IMG/VR virus record: IMGVR_UViG_3300009148_000002
Span: 10,993-74,992 of that record
DNA from: a virus
Lineage: Duplodnaviria; Caudoviricetes
Reading direction: 5' to 3' (one strand)
DNA length: 64,000 nt
The position numbers and the translations under genes are program-made. This document shows positions 46,055 through 53,863 of the stretch, piece by piece. A model generated the notes under the pieces. The model had not been told where the DNA came from, searched no databases, and was given only the letters and a program-made list of their open reading frames with translations. Numbering within the stretch: position 1 is the stretch's first letter; each line of letters begins with the position of its first letter.

Positions 46055-46534
46055 GTGACCGACGCCATCGAAATCTCAACCTCGCAGCCGGTGTTCAAAA
46101 CCGACCGCGAGGCGCGTGCGGTGTGTCGCAAGCTTGGGCTTGGGTTCTTCAAGGCTGAGAATGCGAAGTCGCTCAAGCGATACGGTGAATATTTGGACTC
46201 ATTGGGAGCGGCCCACGTTGGTCGCGGCATTGTGTTCCTGACTCTGGATCAAGCTCACCAGCTTCGTAAGAGGATCGAAGAAGAAGACTTTGATTCCATG
46301 CCGGCTGGCAGTGAAATTCGCATGGTCGCCGCCAAACATTGCATCGACCTTCTGAAGCTTCAGTCGGAACTCGCCAACCAACTCGCCGAACGCACGCCTG
46401 CGCCCAAGCCTAACGACGGCAAGATGCCGGTGCCGTCCTTCGCTCCCGGCACCACCATCACGCCGATCTCAGGCAACCAGCAAGTCAACCTCATCGTCCA
46501 AGGCCAGCAACCCGAAACAAAGGCAATCCAATGA
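46055..46534 (+). CDS. hypothetical protein
   Basis: GTG start, coupled to next gene. Confidence 0.6.
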   Translation: MTDAIEISTSQPVFKTDREARAVCRKLGLGFFKAENAKSLKRYGEYLDSLGAAHVGRGIVFLTLDQAHQLRKRIEEEDFDSMPAGSEIRMVAAKHCIDLLKLQSELANQLAERTPAPKPNDGKMPVPSFAPGTTITPISGNQQVNLIVQGQQPETKAIQ

Positions 46535-46743
46535 CAACATTTGAAATCTACAAAGACCGAAAGAAGGAGTGGCGCTGGAGGGCCAAGCGCAAAGGCAGGA
46601 TCGTGGCAGATAGCGGCGAAGGATATAAACGTCGAAACGCCTGCGTGACCGCGCTTCGCCATCTCGCGGTTGACATCTTGAATGGCAATCAGAGCGTGAT
46701 TATTGGTGGAGTTCGTCAAGGAGACGATTTCCTCTACGAATGA
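46531..46743 (+). CDS. YegP/DUF1508-family protein
   Basis: FEIYKD...EWRWR....G.IVADSGEGYKRR..C... Confidence 0.85.
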   Translation: MTTFEIYKDRKKEWRWRAKRKGRIVADSGEGYKRRNACVTALRHLAVDILNGNQSVIIGGVRQGDDFLYE

Positions 46744-47300
46744 AATCACTGTCATTAGCACTTCTAATCCTTCTCTGCGGCTGCCTCGGCGGCGTCCAAG
46801 AGCGCTCTGGCGGAACATCGGTTGCTGCCGCTGAAAAGCTGGCATCGCAAAACAATGCCCTGTTAAATCGCACCATTGACGGACAGAAGACGCCGCCCGC
46901 GCCGAACGTCACTGTGACAGGTTCGAGCAATTCAATCGCCGTGGCGGTCAATCCGCAGCCAACGAACACGTATCGGGAAACCATCACGCTCAACACCGCG
47001 TCGAATCAGTCCGCCTCTCAGGAATTGGAAAGCGCGTCGTTCTTCAAAAAGAAGCTGCCGATGTCCGTTGCGCTGGTCCTGTTCGGTGTTGGGTTTCTGA
47101 TCCTGTTCGTAGTGATTTGGCTCTGGAGACGAAGCAGCGTTGCCGTCAACGAAGCCTACAAACTGGCGGATGAAACCTTTGCGTCAATCATACGAGAGCG
47201 GCGTAATCGCGCTATGGTGTCCACAGACGCGGCTGAGATGTCTCGGCTGAATGCCGACGTGGCAGAGCTTGAATCGCATCGCGGAAGGCTGGCCCGCTAA
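46740..47300 (+). CDS. lipoprotein with C-terminal TM helix (unimolecular spanin-like topology)
   Basis: MKSLSLALLILLCGC lipobox-like; TM VALVLFGVGFLILFVVIWLW. Confidence 0.6.
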   Translation: MKSLSLALLILLCGCLGGVQERSGGTSVAAAEKLASQNNALLNRTIDGQKTPPAPNVTVTGSSNSIAVAVNPQPTNTYRETITLNTASNQSASQELESASFFKKKLPMSVALVLFGVGFLILFVVIWLWRRSSVAVNEAYKLADETFASIIRERRNRAMVSTDAAEMSRLNADVAELESHRGRLAR

Positions 47301-47500
47301 TGTACACCGTCACCGTAAATTACGACAAGAACTGCACCAGATGTGGCGATGTCGGCGCAACGGCAAGCGGACTGTGTTTGCGGTGCGTTACTGACAGCTT
47401 GACGAAGAAAGGCTTCTCTCGCCCTCTGCCAGTCGAAACCACAACCAAGAAAGTCCTCTCACATGAGCTACCTCCAAAAGAAAGCCGTACTGGTAACTGA
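47300..47500 (+). CDS. small CxxC protein
   Basis: CTRC...CLRC. Confidence 0.45.
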   Translation: MYTVTVNYDKNCTRCGDVGATASGLCLRCVTDSLTKKGFSRPLPVETTTKKVLSHELPPKESRTGN

Positions 47501-47858
47501 CATGGTTGGATTCGGGCGTCGCATCCGCGCGCACGGCCCGCTGAAAACCAAGCAACACATTCACAACCTGCGTTGGAAGATCGGGCCAATCATCCGTCGC
47601 AACGGCGGGCGGGTCGTGAAATACGACGGTGACGATTCGTTCAGCGTGTTTGACCGCATTGGCGACGCCTACGCTGCCGCGCTCGAATTGCGCGATCAAC
47701 TCGGCCCTATCTCTATCGGCATCGGCTACGGCAAGCTGCTCGTTTTGAAGCGCGACGCATGGGGTTACGAACTCAACCTTGCATCGAAGCTTGGCGAGGA
47801 CAAGGCCGGCCCGAACGACATCCTACTCACCGTCGCTGCAAAAAAGGCGATGAGGTAA
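47463..47858 (+). CDS. stand-alone class III nucleotidyl (adenylate-type) cyclase domain
   Basis: VTDMVGF, VKYDGDD, ISIGIGYG, RDAWG..LNLASKL. Confidence 0.85.
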   Translation: MSYLQKKAVLVTDMVGFGRRIRAHGPLKTKQHIHNLRWKIGPIIRRNGGRVVKYDGDDSFSVFDRIGDAYAAALELRDQLGPISIGIGYGKLLVLKRDAWGYELNLASKLGEDKAGPNDILLTVAAKKAMR

Positions 47859-47942
47859 TTTCCGCCGCCGTGTTCTCGTTCGACTCCGCTGGTTTTTCTG
47901 ATTGAGCCAGTGACGTGAATTAGACGCTGGCGGCGGACTTTT

Positions 47943-48125
47943 ATGAACTCTCTTGAGCGGTTTATCCAAGCAGCCGAATCCGATGAGTGTGAGGCTATGA
48001 ACTGGCTTCAGTCGAATGGAGTAATTAGCGACAACTGCGTTACTGCGAAAGATGTTTGCGAATCCGACTGTCGGAAGGCCATTGAAGCGCTAACCCAAGG
48101 CGATCAAAAAACACTGATCCTGTAA
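47943..48125 (+). CDS. hypothetical protein
   Basis: 60-aa ORF. Confidence 0.45.
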   Translation: MNSLERFIQAAESDECEAMNWLQSNGVISDNCVTAKDVCESDCRKAIEALTQGDQKTLIL

Positions 48126-48361
48126 AACTCGCGTGCGTCAATCATAGGAACCTCCACGCCTTTGTCATACTTCTCGCCGTAGTAAATCTTCCACGTTATT
48201 TTATACCAAGTCACCAAGTCGGTCGAGCCTTCCAAAAGATACACGCGGTTGATCTTGATGTTGGACGGCCTGATAACGTTCGCGTCGCCAGCGCGGATGA
48301 TTTCAATGCGCGGCGGGCCGACCGGAGCCGCCAGCAACATCGCGATGATAAAAACAGGCAT
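48104..48361 (-). CDS. small secreted protein
   Basis: Signal-like N-terminus; YLLEGSTDLVTW motif typical of PVC-type secreted domains. Confidence 0.5.
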   Translation of the reverse strand: MPVFIIAMLLAAPVGPPRIEIIRAGDANVIRPSNIKINRVYLLEGSTDLVTWYKITWKIYYGEKYDKGVEVPMIDAREFYRISVF

Positions 48362-48430
48362 CGGTTTTATATGCAGACAGTTACAGAGAGTTCTTTTTCA
48401 TTTTTACGGGCTGTTGGTGGGCTTGTCGTT

Positions 48431-48667
48431 CTACAGCACCCGCTCGCTGTGTTTGATTTCGACGCATCGGATTTTGGGTTTTTCCAGCCAGTCCTTAAAG
48501 AACCATCTGGCATATTCAAGTGCCTGCGATTGGTTGTCGCGCTGCCCGACGAGGCATTCCCATTTGGCGTTCGGTTTCTGCCACTCGACCGCGTATGCTG
48601 TAGAACACTTCATGGAGCGAACGGCGACCCGCGCCGTTCGAGAGTTGGTCTTGGATTTCTTGCTCAT
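48431..48667 (-). CDS. hypothetical basic protein
   Basis: C-terminal 78 aa of track ORF 48431-49189; preceded by a coupled 15-codon leader ORF at 48711. Confidence 0.5.
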   Translation of the reverse strand: MSKKSKTNSRTARVAVRSMKCSTAYAVEWQKPNAKWECLVGQRDNQSQALEYARWFFKDWLEKPKIRCVEIKHSERVL

Positions 48668-48717
48668 ACATTTTTCTCGCCGTCGCTCATGGCGGCGTTG
48701 TAAAACTTCATTGACAA

Positions 48718-48801
48718 AGGCTATCACCGTCGGCGGCGGAGTCAAACATTTTTCGCGCAAATGATTTTGTTGCTTGACAATCACTGCGGCGTTGATACCT
48801 T
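48718..48801. promoter_or_regulatory. divergent leaderless promoters
   Basis: Minus: TTGACT-16-TAGCCT-6 nt-ATG 48711; plus: TTGACA (48774)-16-TGn TACCTT-7 nt-ATG 48809. Confidence 0.6.
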
Positions 48802-48808
48802 CGCGTGA

Positions 48809-49096
48809 ATGACAGCAGCCGAAAAGAGAATCGAGATCGCAGAGTTGGATGAATGGGTCAGAGGTTCTGTTGACTCTGTGTGGTGGTCGAAGCTCTGGAA
48901 AGACAGTCTCAGTTACACTCACGCAACGCAGCACGATCTTCCAGACTACCTCAACTCCCGCGACGCGATTGTGCCGGTGCTTGAGAAGCAGCCATTGGGC
49001 ATCCGCTTGTGGTTTATCGAGAACACGGACATTTTCACAACGCCCGAAGAACTGTGCGACGCGCTGATTCGTGAAACCGGCAAGTGGAAAGACTAA
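48809..49096 (+). CDS. hypothetical phage protein
   Basis: LPDYLNSRDAI.PVLEK pattern common in phage small proteins. Confidence 0.65.
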   Translation: MTAAEKRIEIAELDEWVRGSVDSVWWSKLWKDSLSYTHATQHDLPDYLNSRDAIVPVLEKQPLGIRLWFIENTDIFTTPEELCDALIRETGKWKD

Positions 49097-49107
49097 CAAA
49101 ATGAGAT

Positions 49108-49303
49108 GTTCTTTGAATGTGAATCGGACGGAGTATTCAACGGCCAGAAATGGCGGTAAACTTTTCCGTGAGTTTGTCACGGACAACAACGGGCTTGCTA
49201 GCTACCTGCCCGTTTGGACAAAGCCAACAAGTTGCGCTGATTCGATTTCAGCGGGGCGGAATTGCTCAGAGGTACGACGAACTCCGATTCACATTCAGCG
49301 AAC
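49108..49303 (+). ncRNA. putative structured RNA unit D3
   Basis: 21-position stem GTTCTTTGAATGTGAATCGGA / TCCGATTCACATTCAGCGAAC enclosing GCCA-GAAA-TGGC, TCCGTGA/TCACGGA, AACGGGC/GCCCGTT, TTGG/CCAA, CGCTGA/TCAGCG. Confidence 0.65.
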
Positions 49304-49365
49304 ACCAAACAAAATGGTTGACTCCAAAATCAGGTTGGGTATGTTGGTTGCGTTCGGATGCTGGA

Positions 49366-49600
49366 GTGAAAACCAGCTAACTGTAAGTCTCGAACGTAAG
49401 ACCACTTTTGGCCGTTCAGTCATGCGAAGCCGCGAGGCTCGCACCGCAGTTAGCGGTTTTTCACGACTGAGCGGCCTTTCCATTTTTAAGGCACCGAACC
49501 GTGAAACGGCTTCATGCCATACGGTCGCCGGAACATGCGCGGCTCCTTCGCGAAGGATGCTGCGGCTAGGGCACGCGAGGAAACAAACATCTCACCGGCC
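49366..49600 (+). ncRNA. putative structured RNA with pseudoknot/switch topology
   Basis: Stems 49366-83/49447-64 and 49410-21/49465-76 cross; GNRA hairpins (GCGA, GAAA) and TCCTT/AAGGA hairpin follow. Confidence 0.55.
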
Positions 49601-49620
49601 AACGTGGAAGGAAAACGACA

Positions 49621-49826
49621 GTGCTTTGAACTGCTGGGCCTCGTGGTGCAATGTAAAGACACGGGCTAGTGTAAAGATACGGGTGTCGGCGTGCTGCTGC
49701 CCCGGCTTGCGGACATTTCGCCGCAAGACTCATCGTTGTGATGAGGTTTCCAGCCTGCCAAACGGGACACAACACCGATGCGGCTTGCGAGTTCAAATCC
49801 CGCCGAAGGCCGCCAGTTCAGAGCAT
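49621..49826 (+). ncRNA. unit D4: tRNA-like shell with large insert inside a boxA-like stem
   Basis: 13-bp stem GTGCTTTGAACTG/CAGTTCAGAGCAT; GGCCTCG...D-arm-like; GCGAG-TTCAAAT-CCCGC T-arm; CGAAGGCC-G-CCA. Confidence 0.5.
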
Positions 49827-49922
49827 TGCGGTTTTCCTTTGCTCTCTGACTTCTTTCGATACCCCTACTCTAAGGGGTTGGGGTTTCTTTCTTCTCTCGT
49901 TTCGTTTTAATTATTATCCAGC

Positions 49923-50351
49923 ATGAAGCGCCTGACAAACAAACAACCTATGAAATCCATATACCTAAACGTAAAGAAACAACACATCGACGAGTCAACT
50001 AAAAAGGACTCGAAACACTGCATGATCGCCGACGCCATTCGTTCGCGATTTGAACAGGCGAAGTACATCAAAGTGGACACGCAATCCATTCGGTTCACTG
50101 ACTTAAAAACCGGCAAGCGTTATCAGTTCTTCACTCCGACGAAAGCACAGGCTGCGATTCTGGCGTTTGATCGCGGCGACGCAGTTAAGCCGTTCCACTT
50201 TCAACTTGTGGACGGCACACAGAGGCCGATGGGTTGGCAGGCAACGCACCCAAATTGTAATCGCAAAGGCAAGAAATACCGCAAGACAGGATTGAAGCGA
50301 ATCGTGGCGAAACGCGAACGCGAGTTTGGGCTTAGAATGCTAACCGCGTGA
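49923..50351 (+). CDS. hypothetical basic protein
   Basis: CMIADAIR...VDTQSIRFTD pattern; clean ORF. Confidence 0.65.
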   Translation: MKRLTNKQPMKSIYLNVKKQHIDESTKKDSKHCMIADAIRSRFEQAKYIKVDTQSIRFTDLKTGKRYQFFTPTKAQAAILAFDRGDAVKPFHFQLVDGTQRPMGWQATHPNCNRKGKKYRKTGLKRIVAKREREFGLRMLTA

Positions 50352-50435
50352 TCCACCCATTCTCTTTGGGCGGTAAGGTGCTGTTTCGTTTCCGTGTCCT
50401 TACCGTCCGACAATGATGAAAAGCATTAAGACTGT

Positions 50436-50681
50436 ATGAAATTAAACGCAGAGCAGATCAATAGAGTTTCACACATTCCTACAACGGAGGTTGAATCTGA
50501 CTTATTGGACGCAAAGATTGAGTTGCGCGGCTATCAAATAGAAAAAGAAGCCATTGAAAGTGTTGGAATAAACCCAACAAACAAGGTTCGTCATTATATG
50601 CTTTCCGCCAAATGCGACAAGGGCACTGAGTTTATTGACGAACTAAATCAAATTCTTGAAGCTAGAAAGTTGCTTGTATGA
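50436..50681 (+). CDS. hypothetical protein
   Basis: Coupled chain. Confidence 0.55.
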   Translation: MKLNAEQINRVSHIPTTEVESDLLDAKIELRGYQIEKEAIESVGINPTNKVRHYMLSAKCDKGTEFIDELNQILEARKLLV

Positions 50682-50893
50682 CAACACCAAGTCCAATACA
50701 CATCCTCTCACTTGGCGCTCATTCGATGCAAGGGCTGCTTAGGGCGATCTGGTGTCGCCTTCGCCATAAAAGCCATTGGCATGAACAAGTCTATACGGAC
50801 AGGGTGCGATACACACAACGGACTGAGTGCTGGAAATGCGGATCGGTCCAATCGCCATACCGAGTTTGTAATGACCAGAATAATCCGCCATAA
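50678..50893 (+). CDS. hypothetical protein
   Basis: C.LRH...CWKC. Confidence 0.45.
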   Translation: MTTPSPIHILSLGAHSMQGLLRAIWCRLRHKSHWHEQVYTDRVRYTQRTECWKCGSVQSPYRVCNDQNNPP

Positions 50894-50899
50894 CAAAGT

Positions 50900-51244
50900 A
50901 TGACAACCACTCTCCAATCCAATGATAGTGGCCGAGTCGAGCAGCGCAAACACAGCCAATGGCTCAACCGACAACCTTTTATTCTGTCCGCTGAAACGCA
51001 CCAAGGCTTCAAGAACATCAAGAAGTTGCTCAACTGCAAACTGTGCGGGCACATTCTACAGGTAGGCGACAAAGCTCGCTGGGTTTACGCGAATGGCACA
51101 CCGGGTATGGTCACAGGAAATTTCTTCGTGTGCGGCGACTGTGACGACGAAGATGCCGCCGTGCTCGCCAAAGCAAAGGATCAATTCACAACGGCTGTAA
51201 CACTCGCAAAACGATGGGGAATCTATGGACCAGATTGGCAATAA
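50900..51244 (+). CDS. zinc-finger hypothetical protein
   Basis: CKLC...CGDC. Confidence 0.55.
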   Translation: MTTTLQSNDSGRVEQRKHSQWLNRQPFILSAETHQGFKNIKKLLNCKLCGHILQVGDKARWVYANGTPGMVTGNFFVCGDCDDEDAAVLAKAKDQFTTAVTLAKRWGIYGPDWQ

Positions 51245-51449
51245 CGACCTTTTACCGTGTCCATTCTGCGGCGGCAAGCCAGAGATGATTTTCAAAGGCA
51301 ATGACAGGACAGCAAAACGATCCGTAATAATCAAATGTCCTGATTGCCGATGCCAGCGCACGGATGCGGGAATACTCTCGCCGCTAACTACGCTAGCGCG
51401 TGGAGCGGTCGAACTGTGGAATAAGCGAGTCTCAGACACGCCTCACTAA
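51225..51449 (+). CDS. Lar-family restriction alleviation protein
   Basis: LLPCPFCGG...CPDC...AVELWNKR. Confidence 0.8.
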   Translation: MDQIGNNDLLPCPFCGGKPEMIFKGNDRTAKRSVIIKCPDCRCQRTDAGILSPLTTLARGAVELWNKRVSDTPH

Positions 51450-51465
51450 ACGTTAAAATAAGATT

Positions 51466-51765
51466 ATGGCAACACAAAACAAAACGATGCTGTGGCCGCC
51501 GCGCAATTTCCAATGGCGTGCCGAGTTTGAATGGAAGATCCAAGACTTCTGGGTTGGGGCATTCTGGAAACGCCAAGGGCACTGTATAGACCTGTGGGTC
51601 TGCCTGATTCCCTGTGTGCCTCTGCATATCTCATGGTGGTGGACTCGTGAACCGATGATGCGGTCGGACTTCCTGAAGCTCCCAATGCACCAGCGCAGGA
51701 AGATTCTCGAAAGCTGCTGCACTGAGGAAATGGTGAAGCATTACGAGGGAGGCGATGATGTCTAA
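51466..51765 (+). CDS. Trp-rich hypothetical protein
   Basis: QDFWVGAFWK...LWVCLIPCVP pattern seen in phage small proteins. Confidence 0.6.
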   Translation: MATQNKTMLWPPRNFQWRAEFEWKIQDFWVGAFWKRQGHCIDLWVCLIPCVPLHISWWWTREPMMRSDFLKLPMHQRRKILESCCTEEMVKHYEGGDDV

Positions 51766-51946
51766 CGTGCGGGTCATCGACGAACTGCGAGTGTGGCTCA
51801 AAATCGAAATCCTAGAAGATGAAGGCGCGATGATAAACGCTCGCGACCACGGTGAATGGGACAGATACCACCGACTCGACGGCCACAGGAGCGCACTCGT
51901 ACAGGTGATTCACCACTTACGCTCCATACGCCAGAACGATAAATAG
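51755..51946 (+). CDS. hypothetical protein
   Basis: GGAGG upstream; coupled. Confidence 0.55.
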   Translation: MMSNVRVIDELRVWLKIEILEDEGAMINARDHGEWDRYHRLDGHRSALVQVIHHLRSIRQNDK

Positions 51947-51954
51947 GAGACAAC

Positions 51955-52194
51955 ATGGGAATAATAACACATGAAGTAATAGCGGTGGTGAAAAACACCG
52001 GACGAGGAATGGAAATCGAGACATATCAAAGCCCACTGGCATTGGTAAAGTCGATTATGAACAGCGGTTCTCTCGGCGGCGGATGCTGCTACGGTGACGA
52101 GCAGCACGAGGCAGCCTTGGACACAATTGAAAAGCATCTGGCCTATGTGCGCAGAATGATCGAGCAACACAACGCAGCGGGAGGTGTAGAGTGA
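51955..52194 (+). CDS. hypothetical protein
   Basis: AGGAG upstream; coupled. Confidence 0.55.
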   Translation: MGIITHEVIAVVKNTGRGMEIETYQSPLALVKSIMNSGSLGGGCCYGDEQHEAALDTIEKHLAYVRRMIEQHNAAGGVE

Positions 52195-52772
52195 CACCAA
52201 AGGAAGCAATCAATTGGGTGAACTCACTGGAGTGCCAAGAAATCCACTTCAAGCACGTTTATCATGGAGTGGCCAATGTGATCCTAAATCTCGAAGACGT
52301 GCGAATAGCTGCTCTCGCCGAGGTCGCTCGCATTACTGAGGCAATTCAAGATGACTCTCCGCTTTGCAAACATGCGCTGCGCGCTCACCGAATACTTGCT
52401 TGCTCCAAGACGAGTGGGGAGAACGATGCGCCTACAATCAACTCTATTAAAACCCAAGATCGAGCCATGAGTGAAAGAATACCAAGGACCGGAAAATGTC
52501 CGCACGCGCTACCTTATGAGGAATGCGACGAATGCCGGTCGCCAAGCTCATTGTCTGAACCGACTGGCTCGGCTCATTACGCAATTGTTCTTAGGACGGG
52601 TAAAGTTCCAATTAAGAAAAGATTACAACGCAACGCTGCCGAACAAGTGCCAATGCTATCGGAACTCCGCACTCTGTATCCTGATGGTCTGCTGGCCTTG
52701 GTGGATGCGTGCGGCGGTGAGATAGCAGTTTGGCATCCAAAGGACGTGGAAGCGATGGTGGCGGCAGGATGA
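52191..52772 (+). CDS. hypothetical protein
   Basis: GTGA overlap; may be a composite of two small domains. Confidence 0.5.
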   Translation: MTPKEAINWVNSLECQEIHFKHVYHGVANVILNLEDVRIAALAEVARITEAIQDDSPLCKHALRAHRILACSKTSGENDAPTINSIKTQDRAMSERIPRTGKCPHALPYEECDECRSPSSLSEPTGSAHYAIVLRTGKVPIKKRLQRNAAEQVPMLSELRTLYPDGLLALVDACGGEIAVWHPKDVEAMVAAG

Positions 52773-53182
52773 CCACAAACATGACAAACATATCTGACAA
52801 ACTAAAAGCACTCCACGCCGAATGGTGTCGGATCACCGGACAGAATCCAGCCGACTTGAAATATCAAGCCGTCGAAAGATACCTGTGGGATTTCTTCAAC
52901 AACGGATTTGTGCAAGATGATCTTAGGTGCGTGTTGGTATTCATCATTCACCAGAACTCGAAGCGCAAACCAGAATTCAGGCAGCGGCTTAACATTCACA
53001 ATTTGCTTTCGGACATGGGCCGACTGGCGTCGTTTCTCGGCGAGGCGCGGGCGCACGAACGAAACCGAATCCGCGTGACCGAGAAGCAAAAAGCACTGGC
53101 CGGGTTTCGATCTATCTCGCCAGATGTTGAGCCGGAGGGCAAACCACGCCACATATCCGAAATCTTCAAGAACATAAAATGA
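52769..53182 (+). CDS. hypothetical protein
   Basis: ATG 52769 (ATGA overlap). Confidence 0.6.
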   Translation: MTTNMTNISDKLKALHAEWCRITGQNPADLKYQAVERYLWDFFNNGFVQDDLRCVLVFIIHQNSKRKPEFRQRLNIHNLLSDMGRLASFLGEARAHERNRIRVTEKQKALAGFRSISPDVEPEGKPRHISEIFKNIK

Positions 53183-53260
53183 ACGCAACACACGTCAATC
53201 TCGAAGGCGTGCCGGATTACAGAACGCGATGATACTTATGGGAGAACTGAACTTTAAGGC

Positions 53261-53473
53261 ATGAAGCGTCTGACAAACAAGCAGCTAATGAACCTCGCAA
53301 AAATAGTCTCTGAAAATACTCACGAGCATTACGGGTGCTTGGCCCACAATCGAAATCAAATCTTCACAGCACTGAAATACGTGCGCGATTGGAAATTCCG
53401 CTCCATCTCACCGGACGTTGAGCCGGAGGGAAAGACGAGACATATCAGTGAAATCTTCAAGGCGATAAAATAA
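53261..53473 (+). CDS. chimeric small protein
   Basis: N-term matches 49923 ORF, C-term matches 52769 ORF. Confidence 0.6.
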   Translation: MKRLTNKQLMNLAKIVSENTHEHYGCLAHNRNQIFTALKYVRDWKFRSISPDVEPEGKTRHISEIFKAIK

Positions 53474-53594
53474 CCCTATGACTATCGACATTCTTTTTGC
53501 ATTCCTTGCCGGCTTCTTAACCGCCGTCCTGTGTTTTGTAATATTGGGCCGCGTCGGGAAAAATTTAGAGTTCGATTAGCGCGAAACTTTTCAG

Positions 53595-53622
53595 TTGACA
53601 ACGACTAAAACAGGCGTATCGT
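53595..53622 (+). promoter_or_regulatory. leaderless sigma70-like promoter for the operon ending in the Cas7-like gene and array
   Basis: TTGACA-16-TATCGT-7 nt-ATG 53630. Confidence 0.65.
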
Positions 53623-53629
53623 CGCGCAC

Positions 53630-53863
53630 ATGAAACCAATTTTCAGCGAGCCTAATGTTCGGCACGAAACCGATATTGACGCTCGGCTTCTGGAGTGGAG
53701 AAAAGAAAAGTTCGCTGTGGAGGTTAAGCTTGAAAGGCATCCTCTGGAAGATGGTCAAGTGTGTCTGAGCGTAACCAGCAACGGCACGCAATGGACTTCA
53801 ATAAGCCTGTTGAAAAGTGAAGTGAAAAAGGTAATCGAAGCGCTAAAAGCAAAACTCAAATGA
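53630..53863 (+). CDS. hypothetical protein
   Basis: First gene after promoter. Confidence 0.6.
   Translation: MKPIFSEPNVRHETDIDARLLEWRKEKFAVEVKLERHPLEDGQVCLSVTSNGTQWTSISLLKSEVKKVIEALKAKLK

Noticed and set aside
49637-49815. Standard tRNA or tmRNA call
   Set aside because: No 7-nt anticodon loop, bulged acceptor, no G3.U70, no tag reading frame; kept only as tRNA-like.
49071-49910. 279-aa plus-strand ORF
   Set aside because: Arg/Ser/Cys-rich shadow-like composition, overlaps the upstream gene out of frame, and covers a tract dense in RNA helices.
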